From Candidatus Bipolaricaulota bacterium (GTDB lineage: Bacteria; Bipolaricaulota; Bipolaricaulia; M55B111), in the NCBI GenBank assembly GCA_018334915.1, contig JAGXLB010000001.1, positions 11,017-75,016 on the forward strand: 64,000 nucleotides of DNA, in the 5' to 3' direction. A program made the position numbers and the translations under genes. Every line of letters begins with the position of its first letter. Position 1 is the first letter of the stretch. Positions 1 to 8,623 of the stretch are shown here, one piece after another. The notes beneath the pieces were generated by a model, which saw only the letters and a program-made list of their open reading frames with translations, did no database searches and was not told the DNA's origin.

Positions 1-1673
1 AATGTGAAGTAAAATGTCGTTCCTTCTCCTAGTTCGGACTCCGCCCAGATCTCACCGCGATGTTCTTCAACAATTCTTTTACATACTGCAAGGCCTATGC
101 CGGTTCCTTCAGGATTGTCCCTGGGATTAAGTTTCTCGAAAACTTTAAAGATCTTTTCCAGATACCTGTCTTTTATCCCCTGCCCGTTATCTCTGACCCA
201 GAGGAGATATTTATTTGATTGTTTTTCCCAACCAACTTCTACTTTTGGAGTCTCTTTATCGTTGTATTTGACCGCGTTCGTGATCAGGTTACTAAACAGT
301 TCCGTCAAAAGTGTTCTATTGCCGTATACCCGGGGCAAGTCGTCTGGTACGACAAAGTTAACTCCGTCCAAAAGGTATTTGAGGTCCTCCCGTAATTCGG
401 CAATGAGTTCGTCCAGGTCGATTTCATCGAACCCTTTATCCTCCATGTTAATGCTGGAATAAGTAAGCAGGCTTTCTATTCTGTCTCTGAGTCTCTGGGT
501 TGTATCGGAAAGTGCCTGAAGTGCCCTAATTCCTTGCTGATCGAGGTCTTCTTCGTAATCCTCAAGCAGTATATGGCTGTAACCCTCGAGAGTCTGAAGC
601 GGTGCCTTCAGGTCGTGGGATACCCCTCTGGAAAATTCCTCCAGCTTTTCGTTGCTTTTTTTTAGCCGTTCGGTCTGTCTCCTTAGGTCTTCCTCTAGCT
701 GTTTAACCTCGGTGATGTCAATATAGTGTTCAATCCGGCCACCTTCGTAACGATCAGTCTCTATCGGTATGCTTCGATATTCCAGTATTCGCTGGGTCTT
801 TCCGTATTCGTTTGTTATCGAGCAGACGTGACTGTTTATCCTGGTATTTTCTCCGTGTGCCTTCTCTGCAACTTTGGTAAATTCTTCCGTATCCTCGAAC
901 GAACCAGCGTAATAACCCATCGCTCGTTCGGCAGACAGGCCCATTAACTCCCGTCTGTCTAGATCGAAGAAAACTTCCATAGTTTTGTTAACCCAGACTA
1001 CCTCTCCCTGTTTGTCGATCAGTACCACGGCGGAGTCAAGGGTGTCAATAGCGTCCTCTATTAGGTATCTGTATCTGGCACCGGATTCCCTTAGTCTCTT
1101 CATTAACCGGTTTATTTTTTTGTTATTCGTAAACTCGAGAATCCCCGCCTGTTCCGTGACCTTGCAACCTTTCATAGTAGTGGGAATCGTTTTAGGTGAG
1201 TTGTTTCCAGGAGCTGGTTTTTCGACCAACCTGACGTCTATTCCACTGCGGGTGCCGCTCGGGCGTCGACCTCTTTCACTGAATATGTTCTTTAACTGTT
1301 TTTTTACCAGATCAAGATCTTCCGGATGAACTATCTCCGCAAGGTGAAGGTTCTCAACGTTATCTTGACTGAGGACCTCTCGGGAAGCCTTGTTTGCCCG
1401 AAGGATGTTGCCTTCTCGGTTTACCAGGTAAAGTATGTTGGAGGAGTTGTTAAAAAGCTTCGTTGCGTATTTTTGCGCTCCCCATCCCTGAAGCTGTCTG
1501 GAAGTTTTTAGTGAAAATTTTTCCGAAAAGTAAAGGATGCCTGTAATAAGAAGCGGTACGACAATCAATATTCCAACGACGATGGGGTTGGTGATCGGAA
1601 TTACAAGCACGGCGACTGCCAAAATAACAAAACTTAGCCCAAGCACAGCAATGTATCTTTTCAACGTGATCAC
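1..1673 (-). CDS. Membrane-anchored PAS-PAS sensor histidine kinase (3' end runs off the window)
   Basis: Absent from the ORF track; translated by hand. Open frame from GTG 1673 (or TTG 1664) gives two hydrophobic segments (YIAVLGLSFVILAVAVLV; IVVGILIVVPLLITGILY), two PAS-like regions (IVHPEDL; VVLIDKQGEVVWVN), H-box SHDLKAPL and HATPase motif EGTGIGLAVCKRIVEEHRGEIWAESELGEGTTFYFT. Confidence 0.9.
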   Translation of the reverse strand, partial: MITLKRYIAVLGLSFVILAVAVLVIPITNPIVVGILIVVPLLITGILYFSEKFSLKTSRQLQGWGAQKYATKLFNNSSNILYLVNREGNILRANKASREVLSQDNVENLHLAEIVHPEDLDLVKKQLKNIFSERGRRPSGTRSGIDVRLVEKPAPGNNSPKTIPTTMKGCKVTEQAGILEFTNNKKINRLMKRLRESGARYRYLIEDAIDTLDSAVVLIDKQGEVVWVNKTMEVFFDLDRRELMGLSAERAMGYYAGSFEDTEEFTKVAEKAHGENTRINSHVCSITNEYGKTQRILEYRSIPIETDRYEGGRIEHYIDITEVKQLEEDLRRQTERLKKSNEKLEEFSRGVSHDLKAPLQTLEGYSHILLEDYEEDLDQQGIRALQALSDTTQRLRDRIESLLTYSSINMEDKGFDEIDLDELIAELREDLKYLLDGVNFVVPDDLPRVYGNRTLLTELFSNLITNAVKYNDKETPKVEVGWEKQSNKYLLWVRDNGQGIKDRYLEKIFKVFEKLNPRDNPEGTGIGLAVCKRIVEEHRGEIWAESELGEGTTFYFT

Positions 1674-1799
1674 GTAAAAATTTTTTAGCTCCTAAGGGTC
1701 CAGTTTTCTCGTACAATTAGGGGAGAAAACGTCGCTCACCAAAGATAACATAAAAATTTTCCTTCGGCAAGGACAGGGATCACTCAGGAGCGTGAGTAC

Positions 1800-2474
1800 T
1801 CATATGATGAGGTTTTGGTCGAGGGTTATTGGGAAAGAAGCAGCAAGTTCCTCTATGCTTTCCTCGTCTAGAATATCTATCTTTCTGTCTCGCATTTTGA
1901 TAAATCCTCGGTCCTCCAATTCTCCCAACGTTCGAATGGCAGTTTTAGAGGAGACCCCGGCCAACTCGGCCAGCTCGGATCGAGAGAGTTCTATCCCTTC
2001 CCGACCCAGTCTCAATATGAACCGAGCCAACCTTTCTTTGCTGCTGTTGTAAGACCTTTCAGCAAGTTTACTCTGAAACGCCTTCAATTCTTCCGACATT
2101 TTGGCGAAAACCCGGAAGACGATTTCGGGATGTTTTTCCAGAAAGTAGAAGAAATTGCCCCGTTCAATAAAACCTACTTCTACGTCGGTAAGAGTCTTGG
2201 CGAATGCGATGTGTGTACCCTTATCGAAGAGAGTAGTCTCTCCTATATATTCCCCGGGGCCAACCAGCTTGAGTATTTGTTTTTTTCCCCGGAGCGTTCG
2301 CTTGACCAGCTTTACGAGACCATCATTGATGAGATAGAATCCGAATGAAGGAGCTCCTTCCTGAAAAATGATTTCTTCAGGGCCGTAGTTGATGCTTTTA
2401 ACCTCTCCCTGGAGTTCAGAAAGGCTCTGTTCGTCTAGATCGCTGAAAATCTTGATTTCTTTAAGGTTAGCCAT
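1800..2474 (-). CDS. Crp/Fnr family transcriptional regulator
   Basis: cNMP-binding domain (IFQEG..GFYLI..GLVKL, GPGEYIGE) and C-terminal HTH (LSRSELAELAGVSSKTAIRTL); no FNR-type Cys cluster. Confidence 0.92.
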   Translation of the reverse strand: MANLKEIKIFSDLDEQSLSELQGEVKSINYGPEEIIFQEGAPSFGFYLINDGLVKLVKRTLRGKKQILKLVGPGEYIGETTLFDKGTHIAFAKTLTDVEVGFIERGNFFYFLEKHPEIVFRVFAKMSEELKAFQSKLAERSYNSSKERLARFILRLGREGIELSRSELAELAGVSSKTAIRTLGELEDRGFIKMRDRKIDILDEESIEELAASFPITLDQNLII

Positions 2475-2506
2475 AATATGTCCTAAGACTTCTGGTTAAA
2501 CTTTCG

Positions 2507-2956
2507 TTAAACGAGTCCGGAGTTATCGTATTCTCTCAGAGTAGATAACACCAGTGAAGTATTCGTAGTCTCTATGTGAGGACTCTGGACGAGGTCAACT
2601 AATTTGTCAGTCATTCCTTCTCTGCTCTTGAACTTTCCGACACCGATCACGTCGAAATCCCCTGTAGTTTCGTAAATATGCGTTAAACAGGGATAGGCCT
2701 CCATCTCATCCAGGACCTTTGAAAGGTCATCGCTTTTTGCTTTCACTTTGATGATTGCGGTTAGTGAATAATCCAGTTCACCCAGATTTAACTTTAGTCC
2801 AAATTTTTCTATAACTCCTTCCTCTTTCATCTTCTGGACTCTATTACTTACGGTAGTCGGGGAAACATCGAGTTCCCCAGCGATATGCCTTAAGGACATT
2901 CGACTATCCTCTTCTAGATATCTTATGATTTCAAGGTCTCTATCAGTTAGTTTCAT
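2507..2956 (-). CDS. Lrp/AsnC family transcriptional regulator
   Basis: N-terminal HTH (DSRMSLRHIAGELDVSPTTVSNRV) and RAM domain (YETTGDFD). Confidence 0.92.
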   Translation of the reverse strand: MKLTDRDLEIIRYLEEDSRMSLRHIAGELDVSPTTVSNRVQKMKEEGVIEKFGLKLNLGELDYSLTAIIKVKAKSDDLSKVLDEMEAYPCLTHIYETTGDFDVIGVGKFKSREGMTDKLVDLVQSPHIETTNTSLVLSTLREYDNSGLV

Positions 2957-2962
2957 ACCACT

Positions 2963-2991
2963 AGAATAGCAATATAAATTTGGTTTGTCAA
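2963..2991 (-). promoter_or_regulatory. Sigma70-type promoter for the lrp-crp genes
   Basis: Minus strand TTGACA-17 nt-TATTCT with an extended -10 TG, ending 6 nt before the ATG. Confidence 0.7.
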
Positions 2992-3031
2992 GGTTATCCC
3001 GGTCAGGGTCTAATCAAAGTAGCTAAATCAG

Positions 3032-4558
3032 TTATTCCCATTCCATTGTTGCGGGTGGTTTATTGGAAACGTCGTATAAAACCCTGTTTACGCGGTCTAT
3101 CTCGTTGGTGATCCTCGTCGACATACTTTCCAGCACCTTAAAAGGAATCCTGGCGAAGTTCGCCGTCATCGCATCTTCCGATTCAACTATCCTAAGGGCG
3201 ATCGGGTATTTGTAACTCCGCAGGTCGCCCTGAACTCCGACACTTTTAACCGGTAGCAGAACTGCAAACCCCATCCATACGTCCTCGTAGAGTCCAGCTG
3301 ACTTAAGTTCGTTTTCGACTATATTGCTGGCGTGGCGGACTATCTCTACTCTTTTCGGTGTAACCTCCCCGACTATTCTGATTGCCAGTCCGGGACCGGG
3401 AAACACGTGCCGGTTAATTATTTCTTCCGGGAGCCCAAGAGATTTTCCTATTTGTCTGACCTCGTCCTTGTACAGGTCTTTTAATGGTTCGTAGATGTCT
3501 AGATCAACCTTTTCGGGAAGACCTCCAACGTTGTGATGGGACTTGATGGTGTCGGAGTGGGTGGTAGATCCACTCTCTATTATGTCGGAATATATCGTTC
3601 CCTGAACCAGAACTTCGGCACCTATTGATCTTGCCTTTTCGGTAAAAACTTCGATAAAAGTGTTGCCAATTATCTTCCGTTTTTCCTCCGGGTCCTTGAC
3701 ACCTTCCAATTTTTCTAGGAACTCTGCCTCTCTATCCAAGACTATAAGTTCCAGATCTGAATTTTCGAAGGTGCTTTTAATTGAATTAGTTTCTCCCTGT
3801 CTCATCAACCCGGTGTCTACGTAAATAGCGGTAAGATCATTTCCAATTGCTTTACCTACTATCCTGGCAGCAGTGGTTGAGTCTACGCCTCCGGAGAGGC
3901 CAATTATCGCTTTCCTGGTCCCAATGTAATCTTTGGCTCGATCTACCAGCTTCGGGGCAAGCCCACTCGGATCCCAGTCTCGTTTCGCCTCGCAGATTGA
4001 TAGAGCAAAATTTTCCAGGACTTTCTCGCCTTTACTTGTGTGAGTGACCTCGGGGTGAAACTGAACACCGTATCGCCCTGAATTATTGGCAAATGCAGCT
4101 ATCGGACTGGACTCTGTAGAGGCAACGACAGAATATTTTTCAGGCATGGAAACTACTCTGTCTTTATGGTTCATCCAGACTTCCTCCTGTTCGTTCAATC
4201 CCCTCAATAACTCGGAGTTGGGGACGGTCAAGCTAAGATTTGAGATACCGTATTCACCGACGTCGCCCGATTCTACTTTGCCCCCGGTCATGTGGGCGAG
4301 GAGCTGATGACCATAACAAATACCCAGAATCGGTACTTTCAGGTCAAGAATCTCCCGGTCGGGTTTTGGAGAATCGTCAGCATAGACGGATGCTGCTCCT
4401 CCTGAGAGAATTACCCCTCTCAAGTCGTCAATCTTCTCCAGTGATTCCTTTGTCCTCCTGGGGGAAATAACTTCCGCGTAAACTCCCATGTCCCTGATTC
4501 TTCGCCCGATCAGATGAGAGTATTGCCCCCCGAAATCCATAACAACTATCGTGTCCAC
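3032..4558 (-). CDS. guaA: GMP synthase (glutamine-hydrolysing)
   Basis: DFGGQY, LGICYGHQ, QFHPE glutaminase motifs; SGGVDS PP-loop; IKSHHNVGGLP; C-terminal KPPATMEWE. Confidence 0.98.
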   Translation of the reverse strand: MDTIVVMDFGGQYSHLIGRRIRDMGVYAEVISPRRTKESLEKIDDLRGVILSGGAASVYADDSPKPDREILDLKVPILGICYGHQLLAHMTGGKVESGDVGEYGISNLSLTVPNSELLRGLNEQEEVWMNHKDRVVSMPEKYSVVASTESSPIAAFANNSGRYGVQFHPEVTHTSKGEKVLENFALSICEAKRDWDPSGLAPKLVDRAKDYIGTRKAIIGLSGGVDSTTAARIVGKAIGNDLTAIYVDTGLMRQGETNSIKSTFENSDLELIVLDREAEFLEKLEGVKDPEEKRKIIGNTFIEVFTEKARSIGAEVLVQGTIYSDIIESGSTTHSDTIKSHHNVGGLPEKVDLDIYEPLKDLYKDEVRQIGKSLGLPEEIINRHVFPGPGLAIRIVGEVTPKRVEIVRHASNIVENELKSAGLYEDVWMGFAVLLPVKSVGVQGDLRSYKYPIALRIVESEDAMTANFARIPFKVLESMSTRITNEIDRVNRVLYDVSNKPPATMEWE

Positions 4559-4620
4559 GGTGTTGATACTTCCTCCCGTTAATCCCGATGTTGATGCTCT
4601 TTACGGTTTATTGCAGACTT

Positions 4621-4651
4621 ACAAAAACTCGCCCAGGTCACCCCGGGGACG
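4621..4651 (-). terminator. Intrinsic terminator-like hairpin in the guaA leader
   Basis: Minus strand CCCGGG-GUGA-CCUGGG stem followed by CGAGUUUUUGU, about 60 nt before the guaA start. Confidence 0.6.
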
Positions 4652-4745
4652 TCGACTGGCATTTATGAAACCTCGGACATTTCACCCTTCCTCGCACAGC
4701 TGGATAAGGTCAGCCCCGTTAAGTCGAAAGACTAAAGCTATTGTA
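4652..4745 (-). promoter_or_regulatory. Candidate structured leader (riboswitch/attenuator) of guaA with upstream -10 box
   Basis: TACAAT at 4740-4745 (minus). UCGACU (4727-4722) pairs with AGUCGA (4657-4652) and encloses two further hairpins. Confidence 0.45.
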
Positions 4746-4934
4746 GCGAAAATAATAATTGATCTAACTTGGAATTAACAGAGCCGAATTGGTGGATGGA
4801 ACCCGGGATTGCTGGCCGGAGAAAAGTTAGTTTTCTTGCTGGTCTCGGTCCGGTACAATTCTTGGAAGAGAAGTCAGGCGAGACCTATTTCTTGAAAATA
4901 TCCTAAGTTTAAAACCTTCACGGAGGAAAAGAGA

Positions 4935-5753
4935 ATGAACTTAGTTAACAGAATTTCGAAGGACGAGGAAGTTCTGATAATGGGTATCTTAAACGTAACA
5001 CCTGACTCCTTTTCGGATGGTGGAAGATTTTTAACCCGGGATAAAGCAAAACGAAGGGCGCTTGAGATGGAAGAAAACGGGGCCGATATTGTCGACATTG
5101 GTGGAGAATCAACCCGGCCGGGCGCGGAAAAAGTCGATCTGGATGTCGAGCTGGAACGGACGATCCCGGTCATAAAAGCGGTAAGGAAGGAAACTAATAT
5201 TCCTATTTCCATTGACACGTACAAATCCGAGGTAGCAAGGGAGGCCCTGGATGCAGGAGCGGATATCGTGAACGATATTAGCGCTCTTCGGTTTGACCCG
5301 GAACTCGGTCGGCTAGTCGGTGAGAGGGGCGTACCAGTTATCTTGATGCACATGCAGGGTAAGCCGAAGACCATGCAGAAAAACCCGACTTACGAAGATC
5401 CTGTGGGAGATATTAAAGTGTTTTTGAATGATAGAATCGGGGAAGCAGTTGACTTAGGAATATCCCGGGATAAAATTATTGTCGATCCCGGAATTGGGTT
5501 CGGGAAGAAGTACGAAGACAACTACGAAATACTTCGCAGGTTGGAAGAGTTCAAGGCTCTGGATTCTCCCCTATTGCTAGGAACCTCAAGGAAATCATTT
5601 ATCGGTGATACGCTAGATCTACCTGCAGGGGAGAGAGTTGAGGGAACTATTGCCAGTAACGTGGTAGGGGTCCTAAAGGGGGCAAGTATTCTCCGTGTGC
5701 ACGACGTGAAGGAAAATTATCGTGCCCTTAAAGTTGCAGTCCGGTGTCGGTAA
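4935..5753 (+). CDS. folP: Dihydropteroate synthase
   Basis: MGILNVTPDSFSDGG, DIGGESTRPG, DPGIGFGK, GTSRKSF, RVHDV motifs. Confidence 0.98.
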   Translation: MNLVNRISKDEEVLIMGILNVTPDSFSDGGRFLTRDKAKRRALEMEENGADIVDIGGESTRPGAEKVDLDVELERTIPVIKAVRKETNIPISIDTYKSEVAREALDAGADIVNDISALRFDPELGRLVGERGVPVILMHMQGKPKTMQKNPTYEDPVGDIKVFLNDRIGEAVDLGISRDKIIVDPGIGFGKKYEDNYEILRRLEEFKALDSPLLLGTSRKSFIGDTLDLPAGERVEGTIASNVVGVLKGASILRVHDVKENYRALKVAVRCR

Positions 5754-5844
5754 CCCCTTGCAAAAGAACAGTTAACCTGGTATCCCCAGGGCAGTGACAC
5801 CGGACTTTCCTTGCTTTTTAGGTTTTACAAGACCCTATTTGGAA

Positions 5845-6117
5845 CTAGGTTCCCGTCTCGTCTTCCCTGAATTCAATCTCGATTTCGAGTTCTCGCTTTC
5901 CCAGTTTCTTGTTGTAATCCGTTTCGACCTCCAGGTTTATCGGTTCCTCAAAAGAAAACGTTGCTTCAGTCCCGACCATGGATACCGTTACTGCGTTGTC
6001 CTCCTTGAGCTGTCCAAGGAGTTCCTCGAGGAACGAGATCAGGTCCTGTTTGGTTACGTTCTGATCGTACTCGAATTCAGCGTCCAGCTCGTCGTTAGAA
6101 GAAGGTAGTTCTACCAT
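5845..6117 (-). CDS. Amphi-Trp domain-like small acidic protein
   Basis: Amphipathic helix (LISFLEELLGQL) then beta strands ending ELEIEIEF, where the family usually has W. ATG 6117 follows AGGGGTG. Confidence 0.7.
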   Translation of the reverse strand: MVELPSSNDELDAEFEYDQNVTKQDLISFLEELLGQLKEDNAVTVSMVGTEATFSFEEPINLEVETDYNKKLGKRELEIEIEFREDETGT

Positions 6118-6222
6118 TAAAAACACCCCTGTGGTTATTTTGTGGTTATACTAAGAACGATACACATAGTTAGAATTCAGCTCTTTTACCAACGGCGGAC
6201 TTTTCCTCTGACTCGAATAACT

Positions 6223-6309
6223 GGTCTCTGCCCCTTGCCTGGCAACTCTTTTTAACCTTAAAACCTTAGTGTAGAGGTAATCCGGCAGCCAGGTAAGGCT
6301 CAGTGAGTT
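6223..6309 (+). repeat. Intergenic repeat module B, copy 1 (long hairpin)
   Basis: Shares cccttRcYtggcaactct, gtaga, gtaatYcggcagcc and agtgagtt with 22237-22315; 11-bp stem 6233-6243/6288-6298. Confidence 0.8.
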
Positions 6310-6329
6310 CTTAGTAAAAAAACTGAAGT

Positions 6330-6386
6330 CAACCTTCACATATTAAGTTTCGCTTTCCTTAGATGGTGAAAGATTTGAGTAGAATT
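6330..6386 (+). repeat. Intergenic repeat module C, copy 1
   Basis: Matches the reverse complement of 22081-22140 (caaccttca...aagttYcgctttc...agatggtgaaagatttRagt..aatt). Confidence 0.8.
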
Positions 6387-6517
6387 TTCTAATAATGTTA
6401 TCTAAATAAATACCCGAAGCCAACCGGACTAATTCCCTGGAAATTCTCAAGTTCGATTCAACTATAGGAAGAAAATATTGATCCAATAAAGCCTTGGATT
6501 CGGGTTTAAGCGGTACT

Positions 6518-7309
6518 TCAGTCTATCTTTGATTCGATTACGAGTTGATCTAACCTCTCAACGTCTCTCTCCTCCATTTCCCAGTCGAACAGGCTTAAGT
6601 TTTCCTTCAAATGTTTTTCCGAACTTGCTTTTGGTATTGCCAAAACGTTGGCCTGTCTTATCAACCATTTAAGTGCTATCTGGCCCGGTGTTTTTCCGTA
6701 CCTGGCACCGATTCGAGGCAGTTCTTCGCTTTGTAAGACCTTGCCTCGCCCGAGAGGGCTGTACGCAGTGAGGAGAATACCGTTTTCCTGACAGTAGTTC
6801 AGCATAGCGGTCAGGTCCATTCCCAGGTGATACTTTACCTGATTGTTAACTATCGGATTGGCCGACAGGTTCTGGGCTTTCTTCAGTTGCGTCTTGCTAA
6901 AATTACTTACACCGATGTGCCGGACCTTTCCTTCTTCTACGAGTTCGTTCATCGCTTTTATAGTTTCCTCAAGTGGAATTTCCGGGTTGGGCCAGTGAAT
7001 AAGCAGCAGGTCTAGGTACTCGGTATCCAGTCTTTTGAGACTTCCCTCAGCAGAACGCTTAAAATCCCTGTAATGCAGTTTGTCTTTCCACACCTTGGTT
7101 GTTACGAATAATTCCTCTCTTCGATGGTTTTTGATAGCTCTTCCAACTGCCTCTTCGTTGTCATAAAATATTGCCGTATCTATATGTCTATAGCCTATCT
7201 CTAAGGCTTTTTTCACTACCTCTTCGCATTCTTTGCCTCTTAGCTTCCACGTCCCCAGACCCAGGGTCGGAACCGAACAGGAATCTAGCGATTTTAACTC
7301 TCTTTTCAT
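6518..7309 (-). CDS. Aldo/keto reductase
   Basis: LGLGTW, GYRHIDTAIFY, TTKVW, DLLLIHWP, IGVSNF, AYSPLG, IPKAS. Confidence 0.96.
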   Translation of the reverse strand: MKRELKSLDSCSVPTLGLGTWKLRGKECEEVVKKALEIGYRHIDTAIFYDNEEAVGRAIKNHRREELFVTTKVWKDKLHYRDFKRSAEGSLKRLDTEYLDLLLIHWPNPEIPLEETIKAMNELVEEGKVRHIGVSNFSKTQLKKAQNLSANPIVNNQVKYHLGMDLTAMLNYCQENGILLTAYSPLGRGKVLQSEELPRIGARYGKTPGQIALKWLIRQANVLAIPKASSEKHLKENLSLFDWEMEERDVERLDQLVIESKID

Positions 7310-7351
7310 CGTTATTACTCTCCTTGAGTAGAGGATTAATTCGCAATTCGT

Positions 7352-8623
7352 TTAACTCTCCGAATCCAGGCGATTCGTGATCTCAGACCTAAATTCGTCG
7401 AGCGAAACCGTGGTTTGATCACCCGTTTCCATATCTCTTAGCGTTATTTCACCCTCAGTTAGCTCTCTTGGACCAAGGATTGCCGTAATCTCGGCCCCGT
7501 ACCTGTCCGCGTATCCCAGCTGGCCCTGGAGGCTTTTATCAAGGTAGTCGATCTCCGCTCTGATACCTCCGTTCCGGAGTTCCTGAACCAGCTCCATGCC
7601 TGTTTGCTTGGTTTCTTCGTCCAGGGTTGCCAGGTAGATATCCAGTCCGTTCTTTTTCATTTCCACCCGCTCCAGTTCTTCGAGTAAAAGGACAAGCCTT
7701 TCTATTCCCCCTGCAAACCCCACGGCCGGAGTCGGATCGCCGCCAAATAGCTCGACCAGACCGTCGTATCGTCCGCCACCGACAAGCGCGTCCTGGGCTC
7801 CAAGATCGCTGGAAAATACCTCGAACACTGTTTTAGTGTAGTAATCCAACCCGCGGACAAGTTTCGGGTCGAGCTGGTAATCAAGCCCAAGTTGGTTCAG
7901 ATAACCCTTCACGGTGTCGAAATGGTCCTGACATTCAGAACATAGATAATCAGTGATCTCAGGTCCGTTCTCCACCACCTTCTGACAGGATTCTTCTTTA
8001 CAATCAAGTATTCTGAGGGGGTTGGTATCCAATCTCGCCCGGCAGTCGTTACAGAGCCGATCTTTTTCTGGTTCCAAATACTCTACCAGTTGATTGACGT
8101 AGTTGTTTCTATCTTCGGGACAGCCAATGCTGTTTAAGGTCAATCCGACTTCCTCAAGACCCAACGACCTCAAAAGATCCGTTGAGAGGCTGATCATCTC
8201 GGCATCCAGCGAGGGATCGCTGGAGCCTATTGCTTCGGCACCGTACTGGTGAAATTGCCGGGACCGGCCCTTTTGAGGCGACTCGTACCGGAACATCGGC
8301 CCCAGATAGTACCACTTTGATAACTCCTCCTTGCCATAGAACTTGTGTTCAAGGTAAGCTCTTACAACTGAAGCCGTATTTTCAGGACGTAAGGTCATCG
8401 ATCTGCCACCTTTATCCTCGAACGTATACATCTCTTTGGAAACGACGTCAGTCTCTTCGCCGACCCCCCTGGCGAATACCTCGGTTTTCTCCATAATTGG
8501 CGTTCTTATTTCTTCGTAACCATAGAGAGGCATGGTTGATCTTACTTCCCGTTCTACCGCGTGCCAGTAGGGCATATCCTCGGGCTTTATATCGTAGAGA
8601 CCTTTTGGAGCGTAATACTTCAT
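7352..8623 (-). CDS. hisS: Histidine--tRNA ligase
   Basis: KEMYTFED, LRPENTA, FRYESPQKGR, LVRGLDYY, GGGRYDGL. Confidence 0.98.
   Translation of the reverse strand: MKYYAPKGLYDIKPEDMPYWHAVEREVRSTMPLYGYEEIRTPIMEKTEVFARGVGEETDVVSKEMYTFEDKGGRSMTLRPENTASVVRAYLEHKFYGKEELSKWYYLGPMFRYESPQKGRSRQFHQYGAEAIGSSDPSLDAEMISLSTDLLRSLGLEEVGLTLNSIGCPEDRNNYVNQLVEYLEPEKDRLCNDCRARLDTNPLRILDCKEESCQKVVENGPEITDYLCSECQDHFDTVKGYLNQLGLDYQLDPKLVRGLDYYTKTVFEVFSSDLGAQDALVGGGRYDGLVELFGGDPTPAVGFAGGIERLVLLLEELERVEMKKNGLDIYLATLDEETKQTGMELVQELRNGGIRAEIDYLDKSLQGQLGYADRYGAEITAILGPRELTEGEITLRDMETGDQTTVSLDEFRSEITNRLDSES

Noticed and set aside
1664..1675. Perfect palindrome ACGTGATCACGT as a Crp/Fnr site
   Set aside because: No N6/N4 spacer as in CRP or FNR boxes, single occurrence, and it overlaps the kinase start codons.
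97..1716. Short ORFs 97-462, 726-947, 985-1329, 1326-1511 and 1450-1716
   Set aside because: They are shadows of the minus-strand histidine kinase frame and have no recognisable motifs.
4652..4727. Assigning the guaA leader to FMN (AGGGUGAAAU), SAM-I (CUUAUCCAG), ykkC (GUCCGAG), ZTP (GACUGGC) or THF (CGUUAAGU) riboswitches
   Set aside because: Each match is a single 7-10 nt fragment, two are on the opposite strand, and the remaining consensus elements are missing.
6151..6339. 62-aa minus-strand ORF
   Set aside because: It overlaps repeat modules B and C, has no SD and has an atypical basic composition.
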